Assembly (NCBI GenBank): GCA_015520535.1
Contig: WAPZ01000684.1
Coordinates: 1-8,581 of the forward strand
DNA from: Candidatus Heimdallarchaeota archaeon
GTDB taxonomy: Archaea > Asgardarchaeota > Heimdallarchaeia > Hodarchaeales > S146-22
DNA length: 8,581 nt
Direction: 5' to 3'
Shown here piece after piece: positions 5,001 to 8,581 of the stretch; position 1 is the stretch's first letter, and every line of letters begins with the position of its first letter. Both the position numbers and the translations under genes were made by a program. The notes below the pieces were generated by a model. That model was not told the origin of the DNA. It searched no databases and saw nothing but the letters and a program-made list of their open reading frames with translations.

Positions 5001-7747
5001 TTTCGAACTTTAATCGGAAGAACGTCAAAGGAATTGACATATTCTCTTATCTGCTCTTCTGACCAAGGTTCACTTTCGAATTCTTCGGGATTTATACCAT
5101 ATTCGTATAATGTATCTTCAATGATAGTCTTTATATCGACCGATTTTCCATGGAAAGATTTCATCGGATCGATACCATCTTCACCATATTTCAACTGAAT
5201 AATCTGACCACTTGGGGAACGAACGACCCCGTCATAATGCACTGTAAGATCTTGTAATGCATTGATTAACCGTCGTTGAAGATATCCGCTCGTTGACGTT
5301 CGAACGGCAGTGTCGACTAACCCTTCACGTCCTCCTTGCGCATGGAAAAAGAACTCTAAAGGTGTAAGACCGTCTCTGAAATTTGCACGAACAAAGCCAC
5401 GTCCAAATGCCGTAATATCACCTTTTTTGAAATGCGGGAGAGAACGCTTGCGATAGCCGCGTAACACACGTTGTCCACGAATAGACTGTTGACCAACACA
5501 CGCCGCCATCTGTGTTACGTTTAAATCCGAACCGCGAGCACCAGCTTTAATCATTACTATCATTGAATTGGAAATGGTGAAATATTTACTTGCAATTCTT
5601 CCAGCTTCATCTCGCGCTTTTGTCAACACTTCCATGATTCTATCTTCTAACGTTTCACGTAACGTCCTTCCGGGACTGGGTTCTAGCGTTTTATTATGGA
5701 ACTCACGAATTAGGGCATTTACCTTTTCTTCTGCTTCATGTAAAGTGTCTTTGATTTTTTCTCGTGCTTCTGCGGGCAACACTACATTACGGAAACCAAT
5801 GCTAAAACCTTTATGGGTTATAAACTCTAAAAGCACACGTGTAAACGAATCTATAAAGATACGCGCTTTTTCACTCCCTAAATCCTTTACCACCAGGTGA
5901 AGAAGACTTTCCGTTTCATCGGCACCGATTGCACGACGATCTATATACCCAGTCAGTATTATACCATTTCGTATACGCAAATAACTGTCATAATTGCATT
6001 CTTTTCGATCACAAGATTCATGCTTCACACATTTGCGAGTGTTCGTGGTAATATTCACTTCGGGTGGTAATAACATGCTAAAAACTTGCTTTCCGGTCCA
6101 TCTCTTCACTGGATATTCAATGGCAGGTGGGAACAACTGTTCATCTTGATAGTTACCGCTCATTAACAATTGCCAGACGTCTTGACGCGTCAAAAGTGTC
6201 TTTTTATACGTCAGAAGAAAGGCTGCCGATACATAATCATGAAGCGCCCCGATAATTGGACCACCATACCGTGGCGAAAGAATCTGTTCTTGAACTAACA
6301 TCAACACTCGAGCTTCTGAACGTGCTTCTTCGCTCTGTGGAATATGTAAGTTCATCTCATCGCCATCAAAATCAGCATTATATGGGGTACACACGGCTAA
6401 ATTAAGCCTAAACGTCTTATAAGGCATGATTCTAGCTTGATGTGCCATAATTGACATACGGTGTAATGATGGCTGTCGGTTAAAAAGAACTAAGTCTCCA
6501 TCTCTTAAGTGGCGTTCGATCGTATAACCCGGCCCAACTTCTTCTGCAGCTTCTTGCAATGATTCTACGAACCGTAAATCCCGACGCTTACCATCAGGTC
6601 GAATCACATAATTTGCACCGGGATATCCTGAGGGACCATTGATTACTAATTCTTTCATTTCTTCTATGTTCCATTCTGTAACGCGTTCTGGTACCGTCAA
6701 AATCTTTGCAATCTCTTCCGGAACTCCTACTTCATTAATGGAAATATACGGATCCGGTGATATCACAGTACGAGCTGAAAAATCAACGCGCTTCCCCGAA
6801 AGATTTCCTCTAAAGCGCCCTTCCTTCCCCTTTAAACGTTGAGTTAACGTTCGTAATGATCTTCCAGAACGATGCCGTGCGGGTGGGATTCCCGCAACTT
6901 CATTATCAAAATAGGTGGTGACATGATATTGTAATAGTTCACTCAGATCTTCTACTATAAGTTGCGGCGCTCCACCCTCTATATTTTCTCTTAAACGCTG
7001 ATTAATACGAATTATATCCACTAATTTATGCGTAAGATCATCTTCACTACGAATACCAGATTCTAACGTAATTGAAGCACGAACAGACGCCGGCGGCACG
7101 GGTAATACTGTTATAATTGCCCATTCCGGTCGTGCATATTCCGGATCAATCCCTACAACCATTAAGTCACTATCTGGAATCTTTTCAAAACGTTGAGCTA
7201 TTTCTTGGGGACTCAGTTTCACTAATCCTTCCGGTGTTTCTTCTGAAAAGGTCGTCGGCTTTTCATATTTAATTTTAAATTGTTCGGCGCCACAATGAGG
7301 ACATTTCATCACTCTTTTAGCCTTTGCTACAACCACATCAATGATTTTTTGTCGATCTTCCATAAAATTGGAAAGAGACTGTAATTTCAAAAAATATCGC
7401 CGAAGTTCTCGATCCTCTAAGCGTATTCGAGAGCACTCTCGGCATGTAATCTTTAATAACTTGAAAACTACAGTTTTTGCCAACCCCACATGAATAACTG
7501 GCCGCGTCAACTCAATACGACCAAAATGACCCGGACAGTCTCCAATTTGATTCCCGCATGTTCTGCAGCGTTGTCCAGGTTCTATAGTCCCCAATCTCCT
7601 ATCCATAAGACCATTCTCGACGGGGGTGCCATCTTCATGATAAGTGTCGGCTGTAATGATGTTACAGACGGACATCTTACGAATGATGTCTGGAGACAGC
7701 AAGCCAAACTTAATTTTGCCGATTTTCTTAATTTGTGAAACTAACAT
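2036..7747 (-). CDS. rpoA: DNA-directed RNA polymerase largest subunit, with unsplit A'+A'' (Rpo1N+Rpo1C fused), containing a 545-aa intein and an acidic C-terminal extension
   Basis: N-terminal zinc motifs CRTCGNQIGDCPGHFG and CRECS...CPHCG are present. The catalytic NADFDGDEMN lies at 6350..6379 (aa 457-466). Bridge-helix/funnel region motifs are GLVDTAVRTSTSGYLQRRL and YGEDGIDP (aa 854-861). The frame then continues without a stop into the A''-type sequence VDPGEAIGTVAAQSIGEPGTQM / TLKTFHYAGV ... RHGISGEKESSLARASFE ... IIPLGTG. The start is ATG 7745..7747, preceded by GAGGT. The stop is TAA at 2036..2038. Removing the intein leaves 1358 aa. Confidence 0.95.
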   Translation of the reverse strand: MLVSQIKKIGKIKFGLLSPDIIRKMSVCNIITADTYHEDGTPVENGLMDRRLGTIEPGQRCRTCGNQIGDCPGHFGRIELTRPVIHVGLAKTVVFKLLKITCRECSRIRLEDRELRRYFLKLQSLSNFMEDRQKIIDVVVAKAKRVMKCPHCGAEQFKIKYEKPTTFSEETPEGLVKLSPQEIAQRFEKIPDSDLMVVGIDPEYARPEWAIITVLPVPPASVRASITLESGIRSEDDLTHKLVDIIRINQRLRENIEGGAPQLIVEDLSELLQYHVTTYFDNEVAGIPPARHRSGRSLRTLTQRLKGKEGRFRGNLSGKRVDFSARTVISPDPYISINEVGVPEEIAKILTVPERVTEWNIEEMKELVINGPSGYPGANYVIRPDGKRRDLRFVESLQEAAEEVGPGYTIERHLRDGDLVLFNRQPSLHRMSIMAHQARIMPYKTFRLNLAVCTPYNADFDGDEMNLHIPQSEEARSEARVLMLVQEQILSPRYGGPIIGALHDYVSAAFLLTYKKTLLTRQDVWQLLMSGNYQDEQLFPPAIEYPVKRWTGKQVFSMLLPPEVNITTNTRKCVKHESCDRKECNYDSYLRIRNGIILTGYIDRRAIGADETESLLHLVVKDLGSEKARIFIDSFTRVLLEFITHKGFSIGFRNVVLPAEAREKIKDTLHEAEEKVNALIREFHNKTLEPSPGRTLRETLEDRIMEVLTKARDEAGRIASKYFTISNSMIVMIKAGARGSDLNVTQMAACVGQQSIRGQRVLRGYRKRSLPHFKKGDITAFGRGFVRANFRDGLTPLEFFFHAQGGREGLVDTAVRTSTSGYLQRRLINALQDLTVHYDGVVRSPSGQIIQLKYGEDGIDPMKSFHGKSVDIKTIIEDTLYEYGINPEEFESEPWSEEQIREYVNSFDVLPIKVRNDLVEAILQLETSLQKQKIVENITINTIDAFTRAQVDPGEAIGTVAAQSIGEPGTQMSLPGTEKVLIKMGNITKITPIGPFIDSLLNRLPATTHVTSAHGSTIADIPENLELYVPALTDKEKIEWHRVIQVSRHPPNGKLLKITTKTGRTIIATLSHSFVVRKENKILPIKGRNLRIGDRLPIVRNLPSENPLRAIPLGLNEARHDQVSPPTSKHADTGLSQHTISHAPDTAYLQPEILDPSDSNIFGTITTETISPLSEGQIMASLPITDVPSVTSVEDQEYIELDFITGWIIGHYLLNGSTTRDKVIIKDLDDMFVSRIRNFAEKYHITYRLEPSAVEENKVTVHFDSKGLATFLTQLSGVSYDKRRIPDWSLNANTDFITGLLRGLFDLAGKVRIQEHVVKITLSSKDLIDGISLLLSRLGVLTRKEKSNKEKYSLIILPRYIPRFYEKVNTDLADKKESLLKMIENVERRLKAPVQSVADEFDDVIPGIGMELHRLQQEFNLPDSDPLAEKIRTYTERQEIQANELERILTAFKELTSQNEKELEDLTQPLEQALKSDVFWDEIIKLELVDSPTEHVYDFSVDKFETFVTAEGIVTHNTLKTFHYAGVREFNVTLGLPRLLEILDARKNPSSPFMKIYLLPPYNKDRELALQVQRRLELTTVETVCESFELDLAQMQIILNLDQKLMEDKGITVDLITEKLEKNIKKAEITYDSEYNEIVIDPNVDQLDDLYKINEKVKQIELKGLKGLTRVMVKKEQDSDEWVLLAEGSNLSGVLRVEGVDPARVYTNNIYEIQLTFGIEAARQAIIDEAQEVLNNQGLDVDIRHIMLVADLMTYKGEVTQLGRHGISGEKESSLARASFEVTVRHLLDAATAGEVDPLRGVTENVIIGQIIPLGTGIVELIMQPGMPEAGTWESEIDMEWLKKLEEDLKAEEKAEEEEEVPVVELEEEEIELEEEEEEELLPGEEEEVDVFEEIEPGDDENI
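2039..2269 (-). other. 77-aa acidic, Glu-rich low-complexity C-terminal extension of the RNAP subunit
   Basis: The sequence MPEAGTWESEIDMEWLKKLEEDLKAEEKAEEEEEVPVVELEEEEIELEEEEEEELLPGEEEEVDVFEEIEPGDDENI follows the last conserved A'' block (IIPLGTGIVELIMQPG). The DNA is GAA/GAG-rich, seen as ttc/ctc runs on the + strand. Confidence 0.85.
3197..4831 (-). mobile_element. Intein (545 aa, host residues 973-1517) inserted in the trigger-loop motif of the A'' part
   Basis: The extein sequence GEPGTQM is followed by SLPGTEKVLI (block A, Ser1 at 4829..4831). Block B is TGRTIIATLSHSFVV (TxxH). Blocks F/G are HVYDFSVDKFETFVTAEGIVTHN, with the terminal Asn at 3197..3199. These are followed by the +1 Thr of TLKTFHYAGV. 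Removing the insert restores the universally conserved GEPGTQMTLKTFHYAG. Boundaries were verified codon by codon on the reverse complement. Confidence 0.9.
3644..4141 (-). other. LAGLIDADG-type homing-endonuclease-like domain within the intein, with both motifs non-canonical
   Basis: Motif 1 is FITGWIIGHYLLNGS (4097..4141). Motif 2 is FITGLLRGLFDLAGKV (3815..3862), about 95 residues later, which is the usual spacing of a two-motif LAGLIDADG domain. At the position of the metal-binding Asp (the second D of LAGLIDADG; D20 in I-CreI), motif 1 has Asn and motif 2 has Ala. Confidence 0.6.
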
Positions 7748-7754
7748 TACGTTT

Positions 7755-7759
7755 ACCTC
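7755..7759 (-). promoter_or_regulatory. Shine-Dalgarno-like GAGGT, 7 nt upstream of the RNAP ATG
   Basis: The - strand reads AGTATGAGGTAAACGTAATG. GAGGT is complementary to the conserved 3' end of 16S rRNA. The small upstream ATG hits a TAA after 2 codons. Confidence 0.5.
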
Positions 7760-8395
7760 ATACTCCGCTTCTCTTTTGGTGGACTTTTATTTCTTTTATT
7801 TTTCCCAATCGAATTAATCTAACCGTCAAACCGCCCAATCTTTGCATAATAATAATTAACACATTTGATGTTCAATATTTTTCAACATTTTATTCAAAGA
7901 AGCATGTTTTATCCTTTATCTCTTCCTAACGCAGACAATAAAAAAGTATTTTGCCTAAAGTCTCGTTTACATTTTGCAATACCATGCAAACGATAAAAAC
8001 AAGATAGATAAAATATTCTCCTCAATCTGCTGGCACACATTCCTTTGTAACTATCGTTAATAAGGCATTAACTGAAAATGACCACTGCCACACTCATTTA
8101 AACCTTTCAAACAGCCATATAAATTTTTTTCTTTAAGATGCAGACGGGTTTTTTCCGCTATTTTCTCACTCTTTCGTTTTGAAATTAGTAAAAATTACAA
8201 AATTTTATGAATTTTTAATTGTATCGTTTGTGTCGGTGAAAATAAAAAAAACTGTAAAAAAGTAGAATTCAATCTTCATCGCATGTGCAAAAAACAAAGC
8301 AAATTGAAATATGAAATGCAAGTATGAGAGGTGCGGGAAAAAAGAAAACTCATTATTTTTGTGATTTTTTTGTCATAAGTGCTTCTCTTCAATGT

Positions 8396-8411
8396 ATAAA
8401 AAAGAAAATAA
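8396..8411 (-). terminator. Oligo-T tract downstream of the partial - strand gene
   Basis: The - strand reads TTATTTTCTTTTTTAT, starting 24 nt after the TAG stop at 8435..8437. It contains a T6 run. Confidence 0.3.
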
Positions 8412-8434
8412 GAGGAGAATAATGTTATACAGCA

Positions 8435-8581
8435 CTAAGGGGTAGCCATTGGCTTTTCCAAAACCGCGTCAACACTTTTATTGACAATTTGATCCAGGGC
8501 TGTATCTAGAATTTGATTAAAGGTCTCTTCGTTGAGCCAGTTTTCTGTTTTTGAGAAGAATTTTTCTACTTGTGGATCGAA
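8435..8581 (-). CDS. 3' end (48 codons plus stop) of an unidentified protein-coding gene that continues beyond the right window edge
   Basis: This is the only open frame of the six across 8438..8581. It translates as FDPQVEKFFSKTENWLNEETFNQILDTALDQIVNKSVDAVLEKPMATP followed by TAG. It does not resemble the zinc-ribbon C-terminus expected of RpoB. It is too short for a family call. Confidence 0.4.
   Translation of the reverse strand, partial: FDPQVEKFFSKTENWLNEETFNQILDTALDQIVNKSVDAVLEKPMATP

Noticed and set aside
3204-7738. Eight + strand ORFs of 62-110 aa (3204..3428, 3681..3911, 4416..4604, 4552..4761, 4920..5198, 5568..5900, 6639..6842, 7490..7738)
   Set aside because: All are nested antisense within the 5.7-kb RNAP ORF, whose identity is unambiguous. 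None shows a recognisable motif or translation signal.
7735-7929. 64-aa + strand ORF spanning the rpoA start codon and its upstream region
   Set aside because: It overlaps the rpoA start and SD on the opposite strand. It is a hydrophobic, low-complexity translation of AT-rich DNA, starts at a non-ATG codon, and has no motif support.
8027-8036. - strand GTGCCAGCAG, identical to the first 10 nt of the universal 16S 515 region
   Set aside because: The match ends after 10 nt (the next bases are ATTGAGG, not CCGCGGTAA) and the flanks are AT-rich non-rRNA sequence. It is a coincidence.
8138-8182. 14-codon micro-ORF (MQTGFFRYFLTLSF) downstream of a TATA-like ATATAAAT (8117..8124)
   Set aside because: The TATA-to-ATG distance of about 18 nt is too short for a leaderless start and there is no SD. 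A peptide this size arises easily by chance in AT-rich DNA.
8311-8364. 17-codon micro-ORF MKCKYERCGKKENSLFL with two Cys
   Set aside because: It has no RBS or promoter context, and a single CxxxxC pair is not a zinc-ribbon. It cannot be distinguished from chance.
7748-8434. Possible replication origin, CRISPR leader/array, tRNA or C/D-box sRNA in the long AT-rich gap
   Set aside because: There are no ORB-like repeats flanking the A/T tracts and no orc1/cdc6 gene nearby. There are no regularly spaced direct repeats of 24 nt or more. There is no tRNA-like GC-rich arm or T-loop sequence. No properly spaced C (RUGAUGA) and D (CUGA) box pair was found on either strand.

Overview
AT-rich archaeal chromosomal window (my by-eye estimate is 35-40% GC) with three complete genes and one gene fragment. 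On the + strand, a tandem winged-helix transcription regulator (about 65..751; the start is ambiguous) is followed by a Clp1/Grc3-family P-loop polynucleotide 5'-kinase (787..1992). Converging on them from the - strand is a 1903-codon ORF (2036..7747) encoding the largest RNA polymerase subunit. This ORF is the notable locus for four reasons. (1) The A' (Rpo1N) and A'' (Rpo1C) parts, separate genes in most archaea, form one uninterrupted frame. (2) A 545-aa intein (3197..4831) sits inside the trigger-loop motif GEPGTQM|TLKTFHYAG. It keeps all splicing motifs, but both LAGLIDADG motifs lack the catalytic acidic residue, and it carries two extra non-canonical segments. (3) The protein ends in a 77-aa poly-Glu-rich tail, the position where eukaryotic Rpb1 carries its CTD. 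(4) The gene stands alone, without the usual rpoH-rpoB upstream or rpl30e-nusA-rps12 downstream neighbours. Upstream of it lies a 687-bp AT-rich stretch with no credible ORF or RNA gene (7748..8434), then the 3' end of an unidentified - strand gene (8435..8581). I found no CRISPR array, tRNA, rRNA or transposon. All domain calls come from motifs read in the supplied translations and from codon positions I checked by hand. No database search was possible.
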